The position numbers and the translations under genes were made by a program. From Microthyrium microscopicum (lineage: Eukaryota): 64,000 nt of DNA. The notes under the pieces are model-generated. The model was given only the letters and a program-made list of their open reading frames with translations, was not told the DNA's origin and ran no database searches. The DNA lies in contig MU004231.1 in the NCBI GenBank assembly GCA_010405405.1, forward strand, positions 352,991-416,990. The letters are read 5' to 3'. Shown piece after piece: positions 1-12,766 of this stretch (its first letter is position 1; each line of letters begins with the position of its first letter).

Positions 1-2479
1 TAAATATATTTAGATTATATTAAATATAAGTCTATTTTACTTATTATATCTATATATATAATAATTATTATCTTAGTTATTAAATAATTTTAAGTATTTA
101 TTCTATAACCCTAATAATATTTATTATAAATATATACTAGTTCTAGCTATTAATATTACTTAAGTAATAAAGTATATTAGACTTATTTAAGAATTCTAAT
201 TATTTATCTTATTTAAAGAATATTCTTTATTAGCTTTATAGAAGTACTTTAATAGTTTATCTTATTTTATTAATTTAAACGCTATAAGTAGTTTTAGTTC
301 TAATTTCTATTTAATATATCTTAAATTAGTAAATTTATTTTAATTATTCTATATATTTTAAACGAATTAGATATTAAGTCAAGTACTTAGATATAGGACT
401 ACGTATTATAGTAATAAGTAGTTATAGTATTATTAGATAACTTAAATTAATAATAATTTTTTCACGATAGCATAACTACTTTTATATATTACTTATTTAG
501 GTTTAAGGTATACTAAGATACTATAGATGTTATAAAGGCAATATTAAATCTTAATAAGTAGCTTAAGTAATTTAGGTAGCTAGTTATCTCTTAGTAGCGG
601 GTTATAAAATTAGATTTAGTAATTTTCTCCTTCTTAACCTCTATTTTGATGCTAATTTCTATAGGAGTAGTATATATATTAATATTATGTAGGTTAAAAT
701 AGTTAATAATTTCCTTAATATAACGCGCGTAGTATAATAGGATTCCTTTGCTTAATTATTTAATAGATATACTAAGATACGATACGTACTCTCCTAGATT
801 TTTTATCTTAAATTCTAATAATAATATCTTCTTCGTTACCTTAATAAGGTATAAGTATTATGAAGTAATTTTAAGGTTGTCTATATATACTTCTATAATA
901 ACGTTGTATTTAGAGATAAAGATAGATTAGTTAAATTTACTAACTCTCTAGTTCTTTAATATTAGGAAGTCGTATAGTCGTTTATACTACTATCTTAGTA
1001 ATTATTTTAGTCTATAGAGTGCTTTATTTAATCTTAGTATATTACTATCTTTAAATTCGTACTTAAATCTTTATAGGAGTTTAATATATACTTCCTTATC
1101 TAAGTCTTTGTTAAGAAATGCTGTTTTAATATCTATAAGGTAATAGTAATATCTAAAAAATATATATAGCGTAAAGTATAGTTTATAAGATAATCCTTTT
1201 ATTATACTTGTATAGGTTTCCTTAAAGTCTTTGTCTTAAATCTATTCAAAGCCTTAGGCGTACTATTAGGCTTTATATCGTAAGATTTAGTTCTTCTTAC
1301 TAAGTTTATGTTTAAGTACTTATTTTGTTAATAGGATCTTTCTACCCTTAGGTACCTTAGCCTTATAAATAATAGTCTAGATGTAGTTTTTTAGAAGGTT
1401 TTAGAACTTAGCTTTCATTACTCTAAGCTACTAGTTAGCTTCTTATAACTTTATTACTATAGAATAAGTACGTAGGCATAGTTAAAGGGTAAACTCTAGA
1501 GAATTAATTAGTAATAACGTTAGAGTTATTACTATCTTTGTCTTCTTTTGCTAGACGTTTGTAACTTTAATATTAAGTGGAATATAATGATAGAGGCTAG
1601 AGTAATGATTCTGTATAGCGTTACTTAATATTATAGTATTATTATTATATATCTAAATAAATTATAAGTTAAGAGTATATTCTAGTACTAGAATTAGGAA
1701 TAGTTCTACCTCTTCTATAATAACTCTAATCTAAATTAGTTAATTAAGATTTTGTATAGATTATAAGTTAATAACTAAGGCAACTTAGTTAATACTAAGA
1801 TTGCTTACGTTTATTATATTAAGTTCCTTAGTAAAGAAGGAGCTTATTAAGTCTTATTAACGTTATAAGGCTATAATGGCTTATAGTTCTTATAATGTTA
1901 GTAGGCGAGTTATAGGATTATTAAGTACTTCTATAGAATTTATAATAGCAAATAGTCTATAGAGTAAGCTCTCTAAGCTTATAGGAATAATCTTATAACT
2001 AGATATAAAAGCTTTGCATAGTAATTATTTAGCGTTAGTAGGAGAGTACTAATAAGGATTTTCCTTAGACGTTTCTTTATTATCTAACGTTTAGGTAGCA
2101 TTGTTAATAGGTAAGTTTGCTTCTATAATATTATTATCTACGTTACTAAGGCTTTTCTCCTCGCTCTTAATAAGATCTATATAAAAGAAACTAATAGAGT
2201 TTACCTCTAGTTCTAGTTCTTCTAAGTCTAAACTAGGTTTAGTATAACTATCTATAGTTCTCTTAAGTCTTACGAAGATCTATATTTATTATCTATTTCC
2301 TAGTTCTAGCTCTACGTTTTCCCTCTCTTATGTAGGACGTTTTAGGCGTATCCCTTTTGTAGTAAAAAGGTAAGCTTTAAGATTAGTTATTTCTTAATCT
2401 TAAGAAGTAGCGACTTTGTTAGATATTACCTTTTTCTAATTCTAGAATTAATATATTACTTTTCCTTTAGGAATTTAAA

Positions 2480-3130
2480 TTATATATATCCTATATTCTA
2501 TAGTACCTTCTTTATTAGACTCTTTGTAGCCTAGGCAAAGACTAAGTTCGTTATAGAGTCTTACGTTACTAAAATAGTTCTTATTATAATAATTATACTT
2601 ATTATAAGTAAAGTTTTCTAGCGTTAGTAGGAATAAGTCTCTATCTTTTATTATTTCTAAGAAGTTAATAGGAGCGTATAAAATATCTACTTATAGTCGT
2701 TAACGTGTATTAGATAGGTCTATATAAATATAGTATTATAATAGCGTAGTTAAGTTGCTTACTACTTTAATATAAGTAGAGTAGGGTAGTTTTCTATTAT
2801 ATTACCTATGCTCCTTCTTATAACTTAAGTATTTAGGAAAGCCTTCTATATAATAATTTATAGTAGTATTATTTTTAATATAGTAAGGATAAAGTCTTTT
2901 ACTATTATATATTAATAATTAGTATAAGTACCTTCTATAGCTCTTATAGATACTAGAAACCTTAGTATAAAACTATAAATTGCGTTAGGAAAGATTTTTA
3001 GTATGTATTTATTTCTCTTATAATTAATATATTCTTTTTTATTTAATATAACTTAAGTATAGAATATTTATATTAGTGTCTAGGTTATTTTAATTATAAT
3101 AAGAACTTTTATTAAAGTAAGGACTATATT
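2480..3130 (-). other. Four tandem Zn(II)2Cys6-like motifs inside the copia Pol (RIP-degraded)
   Basis: TAT/TAC codons (RIP of TGT/TGC) are spaced C-x2-C-x6-C-x12-C-x2-C-x6-C in unit 1, with CD..PC linkers in the others (CDGKRPC, CDRKLPCSTC). The frame is the same as integrase and RT. Confidence 0.75.
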
Positions 3131-6100
3131 TTTTAGCTTTATCTTATCTATAAGGTTAAATAGCTAATGTCTCTTTATAATAAATTGTTACTACTATAGG
3201 TTAAGGTTATATAGGTTACTTAGTTTTAGTCTTTAGTAATTTAAAAAATTTAGAAGTTTTATTTTAATCTTCTAGCGAGAGGCTATCTTTTTAGTATAGT
3301 AGTTAATTTGTTTTATTCTTACTTTCGTATAAGGCTTGTTACTTAATAATATCTATAAGCTTACGTCCTATAGTATTAGGTATATTGCCTAAGGTTCCTA
3401 CGTTATTAATGTATACTTTAGTAACGCTTTTTACTATCTTAGTCTTAGGGTTAAATACCTACTAAGTATTCTTATTCTTACGCTCTATTAGGTACCTAAA
3501 CTAGCCTTAACTAGTTAGTATCTTTAAGGCTATAGTACGTATTTCTTTTAAGATAGTAATATACGTATAGCTTTCTTAGATATATTCTTTAGCGAAGTTA
3601 GATTATACTTAAAATAGTACTTTCTAAGGGGTAACGTATTTACTCTTAATACTACGAGTAGGTGCTTAGTTTTTAAGCTATACTATATAGTGAAATGCTT
3701 TATATTATAGATTCCTAAGGAGATTAGTACTCTTAAGTACTTCGTAGCTTAATTTAAGTACTTTAGTAAGTTCGTTAGGTAGGTTGTAATCTAAGATTAT
3801 AGCTTATGCTCTCTCTCTTATAGTATAGTGTTACTACTTACTAAGGCTAACCTAATAGTAAGCGTATAGGGCTAATAGTTCTATTATGATCTCTTTATTA
3901 TCTATCTAATTCCTAAGTCTAGTATCTATAGTAAACTAGTTATTAAATTAGTAACTCTAGATTATAATGCTATAGGTTTATTTAATTTTCTTATATAGTT
4001 ATTTAAAGGTATAAATTAATATTTTCTTCTACTTTAGTAGCATAATCTATATATATTAAGTAGTAGAGTTAGTAAAGAAGATAAATAAGTTTATACTATT
4101 ATACTTAACTAGGTTATTATATAGGCTCTAAATATCTATAGAGACTAGATTACTAGAACGATATTATATTTAAGGATTAAAGTTTTATAGGACGCTATTA
4201 GTAGCTTTTAATAATGCGTATAGTAAGTATACTATTCTAGCCTTAGATTTTATTTCCTTATCTATTAAAGAAAAACTAACTAACTTTTTAAGTAGTTTTT
4301 ATATATTCTCCTAGCCTAGGTGTCCTAGCTGCTAATACTATAGCTATATCTTGTCTATAAGGTTAATAGAGTTAATATCTTTAGTATTAGTAGCATTAAC
4401 CTTAGTAGTTATTTTGTTAAGTTTAAGTATAAAAAGGCTATTTTAGAGGTGCGTAATTATAAAGAGTTCCCTATCTTAGGTTCTAAGTATTATGCTGTTT
4501 AGTCCCTATTCTTTATATATGCCTATATTTTTAGTAAGTTTAAATAGGAATAGGATGTTTAAACGTAGGTCCTTAGCTAAGTATATATTACTAATATAGA
4601 GATTTAGAGCCTTATTAAGTTCTTTAATTAGGGTAATAAAGAGCTTAATGGCGCTATGTCCTATAATAGAGATACTCTTCTTATTTATTACTATTCTAGC
4701 TACGTCTCCTATATTATTAAGTTTTCAATTATAAACTACTTAGAATAGTTAGTTATATAAGTATTTGCGCTAGAGTCTATAATCTACTAGTCGTAATTAT
4801 AAAAGTAACTACTTCTTATTATTAGTATAGACTTTATTACTTTTATAAGTTTCTTATAAGTAACTACGATTTAGTTATAAGGAATACATTAATAGAAAGA
4901 GTAAATATTACTCTATCTACTTTATTAATAGAGGTAATAAGTTTTGCTATACCTACTTTGTTTTAGTATTATGCGTTTCTATACCTATAAGTTTCTACTT
5001 TATAAGTACTCTATATATATTAGTAAAAAGAATACTATAAGGGCTACTATAATAATTAAACTTAGTAATTAAGTATACGCGTAGATAAGTATAGAGTAGA
5101 ATACTACTAGACCTAGAGCTTACTAGCTAGTAATTATATTTTAGCCTTACTTCTAGTTTGCGTTAACTTGCTTATTAATAAATAGTTAATATAATTTGTC
5201 TTAATACTTAAAGGAAAGATATCTATTTAAGAGCGTAGTAACTATCTAACCTAGTATCTATTAGTTAGGTTCCTTCTTCTACTAAGTAAAGTAGTAAATA
5301 AGGTATTAGACATAGTAGAGATAGGTAAGGTATAAGTAGGATATAAATTCTTAGTAGAGTTTTCTTAAATATTTAGTAAATAGTTAGCTAGTTCTCTTAG
5401 CGCGTTTATAAGCTTCATAGTAAGGACTATAGGTGCTATAGTAGAAGTTTAGATAGTTATAAATAGCGTAGTTGTTATTATAAACTATAAAATTCTCTAT
5501 ATAACCTAGGTCTTCTTTATAGAATTTTATTATTACTATAATTTTGTATAGTTATTTTAGGCCCTTATTTTTAAATTCCTTATCTTTCTTATTTACGTTT
5601 ATTATATTTGCCTTTTTTAAGGTTTAGCGACCTAGTAGTAGCTTCTTCTCTAAGTGTACTAGTTAGTAATTTAGAGTTTTATAACTCTAAGCTATCTTGT
5701 ATTCCTTTATTATATACTTAGGCTCCTTATTAGTATTCTTTTGCTTTCTCTTAGAGTAGTTAGACTTTAGGTCTATAATAGAAAGATTATTTTTTTAAGA
5801 GAGATTATTATTTATGTTAGTATTATTAATGGTTTTTATACCTTACTTATAGAGGCATAACTTATATGTTAGTAGTTAGCTTATTAGTTCCTTAAGGTTG
5901 TATTCTATAAATCTAGGAATATTAAATAAAAAGTAGTATTAGTTAATAAATGCATTATAGGTAAGTAATAAGCTTAGTCCTTAGACTATTTTGCTAATTA
6001 ATTGTTTATTATTATACGTACTACTTGCTTCTATAATATTTAGGTAGTATATTTCTAAATTGTTTAAGTATTCCTAAACTTATAAGTATAAAGTAAGTAT

Positions 6101-6747
6101 TAGACTCTCTAGTTTGTTTAAGGTAATATTCTTTACTTAGGAATCCTATATAGTATATTAATTAATAAGCTAGGTTTAAGTATCTCTAGGCTTAGTAAAG
6201 GAGCTAAGGTTTCTAATAATTATATTAGATACTAATTTAAGAAGGAGTATTATTGCTTTTCTTAATCTCTTATTAAACCGCTTTTACTTTCCTAAGTCTA
6301 GTTTGTATTCTTAGAGTTAGATTTAGTATAATTTAGATTTAGTAGCTAATGCTACTTCGTTTTACTTACTATATTCTACTAGATCTAACGCCTAGAGACT
6401 AGTAATAATCTTAGGATTAGTATCTTCCTTAACTTTTTGTAATGTAGCTTTAGCTCTTAGTAGGCTAACTTTTTAGTTCTTATAAGGGATTAGTTTTAGA
6501 GGGTTTAAAGCTTAAAAGCGAGGTTAGATAGGATAAGTAAGGATAGGTTCTATTCCTTTATAGAATAACTAGACACTAGAAGTAATAGTAGCAATTTTAA
6601 AGGTACGTCTCTAGCTAATAAAGTTATCTTAACCTTTAAGCTTTACCTTTAAGCTACTATTTTTAGTATTTACCTTAAGAGGCATTATAAGAGTATAATT
6701 AGGTATCGTTTACTTTCTAAATTATTAACTAAGATTATAGTTTAGAG

Positions 6748-6761
6748 CTAGGCTTATAACT
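6748..6761 (-). promoter_or_regulatory. Primer-binding site of the copia element (GGTTATGAGCCCAG type, RIP-mutated)
   Basis: The minus strand reads AGTTATAAGCCTAG immediately after the LTR end. It differs from the copia-type GGTTATG(A/G)GCCCAG PBS only by transitions. Confidence 0.75.
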
Positions 6762-6932
6762 TATTAAATAGCTAAATAAAAGAATAAATTTTTATTTAAT
6801 TATTTTTGTCTAAAAAAGAAAAAGAGAAGGAATCTAAGTCTATAAGTATAACTAATATTTCTATTTACTTCTACCCCTCTTATTGTTTGTCTCTCATCTG
6901 TGTCTACCCGTGTAGAGGTGAATACTTCAACA
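6762..6932 (-). repeat. 5' LTR of the copia element (~171 bp)
   Basis: The minus strand starts TGTTGAA at 6932 and ends TTTAATA (RIP of TTCAACA) at 6762, directly before the PBS. Confidence 0.85.
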
Positions 6933-7346
6933 AAAGTTGCCCCTTTGCCATACGTTAGGGATGTAAGAGGTCGTGGACTATTCTGGGGAGTAAGTTCCGA
7001 ACATATATTTCATGTCTATTTCACTAATCGAGGAACTCAGATTGAATTTGTCAAGGATAAGACGACTAAGGAGCCTTTTGAGCCGAGTCGAAACGTAAGC
7101 ATGAGAATACATGAAAAGGGTTTGAAGACGAGATTTCGCACTACAATCCTAATGCTAACGGTGTTTTTAGGCCTAGAAGAACCTTTCAGCATCTCTATCT
7201 ATCCTGGTGGAGGGACTGCAGATGGCGTTAATGGAGACCATGTTCTTCTTGCTCCAAAATATAACAGTGACCCCGAGGAGATTGAGGAGATTGTCAATCG
7301 CACAGCAGGAGCCATCAAAGCTTTTTTCAAAGACTTTGTAGCATAG
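6933..7346 (+). pseudogene. 3' fragment of a class III (PLP-dependent) aminotransferase, cut by the copia LTR
   Basis: PLPYVRDVRGRGLFWG / IEFVKDKTTKEPF / IYPGGGTADGVNGDHVLLAP is a typical class III aminotransferase C-terminus. Introns ~6990-7040 and ~7120-7170. Coding similarity begins right at the LTR edge. Confidence 0.85.
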
Positions 7347-7468
7347 AACGATCAATAAGATAGCAAGTAACTTTAAGACATGACAGCACTTCGATTGAGA
7401 AAGAGCACTATATGCTGAAACCTTTTCTTTCTCATAGAATTTCTCATAGAAGACAGTAGAGCTTGGTT

Positions 7469-8485
7469 CTATAGACCTTTCTCCTTTTGCATCAACTCGA
7501 ATACATCCTTCTCAACCTCCATATTGGTAGATTTACCAGCTGCCATACCCGCTGGACCAGGGTCGTTATACATCACTACCTTACGAGTAACACCTGGAAG
7601 AGAAGCTTCCACGACATCGCCACTTTCGTATTCCGCACTCTCACACATGGCCAGCATCACGTCTGCAATATCTTTCGGCTGCAACCACACCATCGATTCT
7701 CCAACCATCTTGAGTTTCTCAGGATTAGCAACATGCCAAAGTGGAGTATTCACTAATCTGTGGAATCTCTGTAAGCTTGGGTTTCCAAGGAACAACGAGT
7801 GTGGTATGTGCTTACCCAGGAGCTACCGCCATGACGCGGATGTTTTCTTGGCTCATTAACTCAAACTGACGAACAAAGTGGTTGATGTATCCTTTTGAAG
7901 AATTGTATAGAGGTAGTCCAAGGCGTGTGACTTGGCCAGCCATAGAGCTGATGTGTAATACGATGCCTGGCTTGCGGCCTTTCAAAAATGCACGAATGGC
8001 CAGTCTTGTCAACTTTGTAGGGTGCTCAATGTTGATTTGATGGTGTTTGTAGCCTTGCTCTTCTGTGTCTCCCCAGAAGCTACTCCAGACCTACTTGTTC
8101 GTTAGTGACTTGCGGAATGAGAAACAAGGTATGGAAAAGTCATACTGGTTCAAAAACACCTGCCCCTGGGCATACGACATCGGGCAAGCCTAGTTGCTGT
8201 TCGGTGTACTCAAAGAGAGCCGCCAATTGTTTCCAGTCAGTCACGTCGGTCTTCTTGAACAGAACTTTGGGGGATGCTGATGCTGTCTTGAGGAATTCCT
8301 CAGCCTTGTCCGTCAAGGCAAGATCTCCAATGACAACGCTACAGTTCTTTCCATGGAGAAGCTTCACAAATTCGAGGGAGATACCTGTAAAACCGGTTAG
8401 ATCCAAGGACTGATTTAACAGGTAGTCAAAGAATCATACCTGATCCTCCACCCGTTACAATTGCGACTTTGCCTTCGAGATCCAT
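7469..8485 (-). CDS. Short-chain dehydrogenase/reductase (15-hydroxyprostaglandin dehydrogenase-like), 4 exons
   Basis: MDLEGKVAIVTGGGSG Rossmann start, GAGVFEP, SSMAG, YNSSK catalytic motif, VAPG; GT-AG introns. Confidence 0.9.
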
Positions 8486-9040
8486 GATGATAGAATTTCA
8501 GATTATATATTCCTGTTTTCAGCGTGAAATCTAGCAGAGTTATTTTGAATATCGTTCTAGATATACTCAGTTTTCTATAGCTAGAGAAGACGATGACTTT
8601 ATGTTGCTAGAAATATGCTAAATTCACCCAGTATTGAGTAAGGCGGAAAAGGAAAGCCGCTAAAGTTCAGGTATCATATGACTCTTACTTGAAGATTGCC
8701 AGCATCGATGGCATCTTTGGAATTTGAAAGTAACTGAATTCTGGAACAAAGTATAAGGAAAACCTTGTACTGGAGGCTAAATGATGGGATCCGACCATAT
8801 AATCGTGCATGGTGATAGTCGACGACTACGTCAACCATTATTTCAATTTTTGGGTTTCTGCCACTCAATCAGGTACATTATGCATAATCCACCAGGAAGA
8901 ATATGCTCTAAGTTGATGAGATTAGGTAGTTGCTTGCTAGCTATGGTGCTGGTGAGGGTCATAACGTGATATATATTTCTACGGGAACAGTATATAGTAC
9001 ATTGGTGTTTTGAGGGAAATGAAGAGTAGGTAGTGACCAT

Positions 9041-10778
9041 CTAATTATCTTCTAGAACCTCGCCAATAGCTTCACCAACCTTGACCTTCTGCCCCTTTTC
9101 TATTTTCCAATTCCAACCTCCTTTGCGTCTGTCACCGAAGCCTTCATCGAAACTCGTGATGCGTCGGCTCTTTGGGGCTTCAAAGACAAGCACAATTGTA
9201 CTGCCTAGTTGAAAACCGCCCATCTCCTCGCCACGACGAAGTGCATGGCCGCCGAGTAGCTCGCTGGCGTTTTCGTAGGTGGCTTCTGCAAATCCGGAAT
9301 ACTGCTCTCCCCGAGCTGCGGCCTGCTCTGCGGCGCGATCTGCGGCGGTGTCTGTTGTAAGACTGTTCGTCCGCAATTCCTTGTCGAAGTTGACGACAAT
9401 ACTACCGACGTTGGTAGCACCAACAGGTGTATATGAAAAGAAGCCATGTCGCCATCTACCCAGGAGTACAACACGCTCGTTCAAGGTGAACAGTCCAGGA
9501 AGAGTTCGCTGCAGATATGGAGATACACTGTAAAGTTCGCCTGCGAAATGACGTCGCCGTTCAACTACCCATGGCACAGGACTGTGAAACCGATGATAGT
9601 CTCCAGGCGCTAGATATATGACGCAGTAGTAAAGCTGCGTGGGAGCAGCGGGTTTGGGTTGACCTGAAAAGCCGGACCACCAAGATGGTTCAGAGAGTGC
9701 CAAATCAGCTCTGACTTCTGCAATGGATCCTGATTTTGCTTTCATAGACTGATCAACAGTGGCCCCCTTCTTGGACGACTTTGCCGATGAATGGAGCTTG
9801 TCTCCGAGTAAATCTGGAAGGCGATAGCTTATTCCGTTGACTTGTGCAAATTCCTCATGTGATCGAATCGCCTCTTCATCTCCAGAAAGAGAAGATCTTC
9901 GACTGTCAGTTGGAGTTGCGGTACCCGAAGAGACTGGCGTTGGCTTTTCAGAACCTAACAAAGCATCCAAGCTATAGGTCATGCCCTTGACTTGCTCGAC
10001 TTCTCCGTTATCAATAGTGCCAAATTGAATAACTTTGCCATCTGCGGGTGAGACTACGCTGTTTGGATTCGAGTCAATTGGTCGCACGCCTGGTTTGAGC
10101 GTTCGATAGAAGAAAGCCGCGAGATTGGGAAATACATGGAGATCTGGTTCCTCTACTTCGGAAAGACTGGACGGTTAGCTTGATTAGATATGCATGATGT
10201 CTTCTTCAACTTACTTGACACCGAAGATGTACGAATATAATTTAAAGCCTGGAACCCGCAAATAATATGGGATAGTGAGCTCGTTGAATCGTCCCCAAAG
10301 CCGTGACAGTGCTTTTAATGGTAGAGTTGACATAATTTGAACCTGCCTAAGCAGAATTAGCATGAGGTTCCTGGGTGAAAGGTAATTGGACTGACCATGG
10401 CCCACTAGGGCGCACTCTCTTCCGCTTCTTGGGTTTTTTGGGATCTTCGTCCTCTCCATTGTTATACACGCCACCATTGTCTTCCTCAGCCTCGCGCCTT
10501 GCCTTTTCATTTTCCGTGACCACTTTGTATAATTGCAGAGCTCCAAGAAAGCCAATTCCAGCAGCGGCTGGTATTGCATACCATTCTACTCGAGTGTTGT
10601 TCCATGCTTCTCGTAACCTTGCGCCAAAGGCCTCTTTGCGGTGGGTCTGCTTGTTCTTTAGGACTCTTCGAGACGCAGAGAACGCGCGCGTTTGTAATGA
10701 GGTAGGACGCGAGCGAAAGTTTATTGAGCGATAAGCCGAGACTCGAGGTATGGTAATACCTCGAGCAGTTGGTGGCAT
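9041..10778 (-). CDS. PSD1: Mitochondrial phosphatidylserine decarboxylase proenzyme
   Basis: Arg-rich presequence, LPLKALSRLWG, SPADG, YLAPGDYHRFHSP, LFTLNERV, VGATNVGSI, and the LGST autocleavage motif; two introns. Confidence 0.95.
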
Positions 10779-11631
10779 ACTGAAGGGATATTCGGGGTTT
10801 GATATCTATGGCAGTGGCATTGGCTTGGAGCACTCGACGATCATCTGATGGCTGCGACTTTTCGAATCTATGGACTTGTTCAACGTAAACAAGCTATGCG
10901 TCAAAGTGATATGTAGGTCGTAGATCCAGAGCTTTGCAGGTAGGAATAGGTAGCGCTTGCATCGTACGGAGGCGTTGTGCAATGAAGTCATTTTGCTTGA
11001 AATTTGTTTTTCAAGGCCGCAGTTTCTTAATGCCTGAGGCATTCAGCCTTATGGTCCTCAGCAAGATGAAATATCCCAACCACACCACAGATCGCCTTGA
11101 AACAAATATTACACAGAAAAGAGATTTGCCTTTAATTTATGCTTTCTTTTGACTGCTTTTCCTCCAAAAGGTGCGCAAGAGCTAAGAAAGCTCCCTCAAC
11201 ACAACGGCGTAAGTATGACATCTTTCCACAAGCAGGTTTTTTAAACAAAGACCTTGCAAACTTCGGATCATTCTCAAACCAGCGTTCTATACTGTACATG
11301 TTACAGTTGGAGCGATGGCTGAGTAGCATTTTGTGGCTTGACACTATCCAACCACACAACAAACGGAAGGATTGCAAGGTAGGGCATTGACGAGAGCAGA
11401 CCTATAAAAATAGCAAAACAGGATTTGGATCAATCTCACAGTCACCCTTGGCAGACGGCGATTTAATATATGTTATTGTCAAGCCCCAATCTTACTCAGA
11501 TGCGGTGAATAGAGTAATAATAGAACCACCTAAGCACTTCTTTTCCCTCAACGTCACTTTCCTCACTGATCACCGCCTTTCTATATCCTCTCCCACAACA
11601 CAAGCCCATCGTGAGGACGAGGAAGCCCAAG

Positions 11632-12766
11632 ATGTATCCACGTCGTCTCCTCCCACTATTCCTACTCGTGGCATCGTCCATCCAGCAGCCGCAGAAAACA
11701 GCAGATTCAACCGCAGTCTCCAGCGCCGCTCCATCCTCAGCAGCAGCAACCAGCGCACCAAAGTCTTCCGCACCAGCCAAAACGACAGACAAACCAGCCA
11801 GCACACCACCAGCTTCCAGCAAGGCCGCATCAACTGACGCATCAAAACCAGCTTCCACAGCAGCCAAATCCTCCGCCGCAGCAAAAGACTCCTCAGCAGC
11901 AAAAGATTCTTCCGCCGCCTCCAAAGGTCTAGCACCCGACGCAACAGGATCCACCCACACACCAACCAACGCCGCTGAATCCGCCGCCGCCGCCGCAAAA
12001 GGCACAGCAGCAGCAGCAGCAGGCCACCCCAATGCCCCCAAGAAAGGACTCGGCACAGGCGCCATAATCGGCATCGTAATCGGCGTCCTCATGTAAGTTC
12101 AGTTCAAACCACCCTTCACTCCCAACTCCAACCACCAAACACCCACTAACAACGCCCTCCAGCCTAATAATCCTAATCGCCCTCCTCATCCTCCTAACCC
12201 GCCGCAAAAAAGCCCACCGCACAAAAGAACTCGCCCCCTACCGCGGCCCCCCAGCACCCATACCAACAACAACAACAGCCCAAACAGACACCTTCATAGC
12301 CCACGCACCAGGTCCACAAATGAACGAAAAACGCATCCCACTAGACACATCCCAAACCGCCACATTCGACAGCGCGCCACGAGCACGCACACCACCCCTA
12401 CCACTACCACCACCAGGCACACAAACAAGACTGGGTTCCGGGGAGCATATGATATATCCACCAGGTCCACAAACACGCCCCGTAGGCACCCACGTGCCCA
12501 GCGACCAAATGCAAGGACGCTACGGCGGATATGCGCCATACACACAAGCAGCGCCGGCCAGTCCGCCCGTTCCGATGGCGACGAAACCGCCGGCGGCGGG
12601 GGATGTATTGACGACGGCACATCCAGCGCCAGGGGCTGCACATGTGGTTGAGATGGATGGGACGGGGGCGGGGAGGTTGCCGGCTGCGTTGCAGGTTGGA
12701 CAGGGAGGGACGCATGCGCATGCGCCGGCGGAGTTGGATGGGATATCTTTGGCGCCGAGACGGTAG
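11632..12766 (+). CDS. Single-pass membrane protein with Ser/Ala/Thr-rich ectodomain (Mid2-like architecture)
   Basis: Signal peptide MYPRRLLPLFLLVASS, S/A/T-rich region, LGTGAIIGIVIGVL TM segment continuing after intron ~12093-12162 into RRKK, Pro-rich tail with VEMDG/AELDG motifs. Confidence 0.75.

Larger units (their letters stand above)
470..6932 (-). mobile_element. Ty1/copia LTR retrotransposon, RIP-degraded (5' LTR, gag, protease, integrase, Zn-cluster linker, RT)
   Basis: Motifs on the minus strand after reversing C>T/G>A changes: protease WIIDSGANTH (~4757-4786), WHxRLGHLG (~4314-4340), integrase SAPYAHHQVGLSER (~3835-3880), RT KWVLKHK...RYKARWCARGFEQ...DFEETY (~1210-1325), IDIKTAFLN (~1110-1137), LNKALYGLK (~1005-1032), VYVDDL-like (~872-890). 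The order PR-IN-RT is diagnostic of copia. Confidence 0.95.

Noticed and set aside
748..930. 60-aa ORF in the AT-rich block
   Set aside because: Antisense to the RIPed copia RT; a chance open frame.
6900..7346. 148-aa ORF as an intact gene
   Set aside because: It starts inside the LTR and reads through two introns; only a C-terminal aminotransferase fragment is real.
11496..12092. Ala-rich minus-strand ORF (198 aa) and overlapping ORFs
   Set aside because: Antisense shadows of the low-complexity membrane protein gene.
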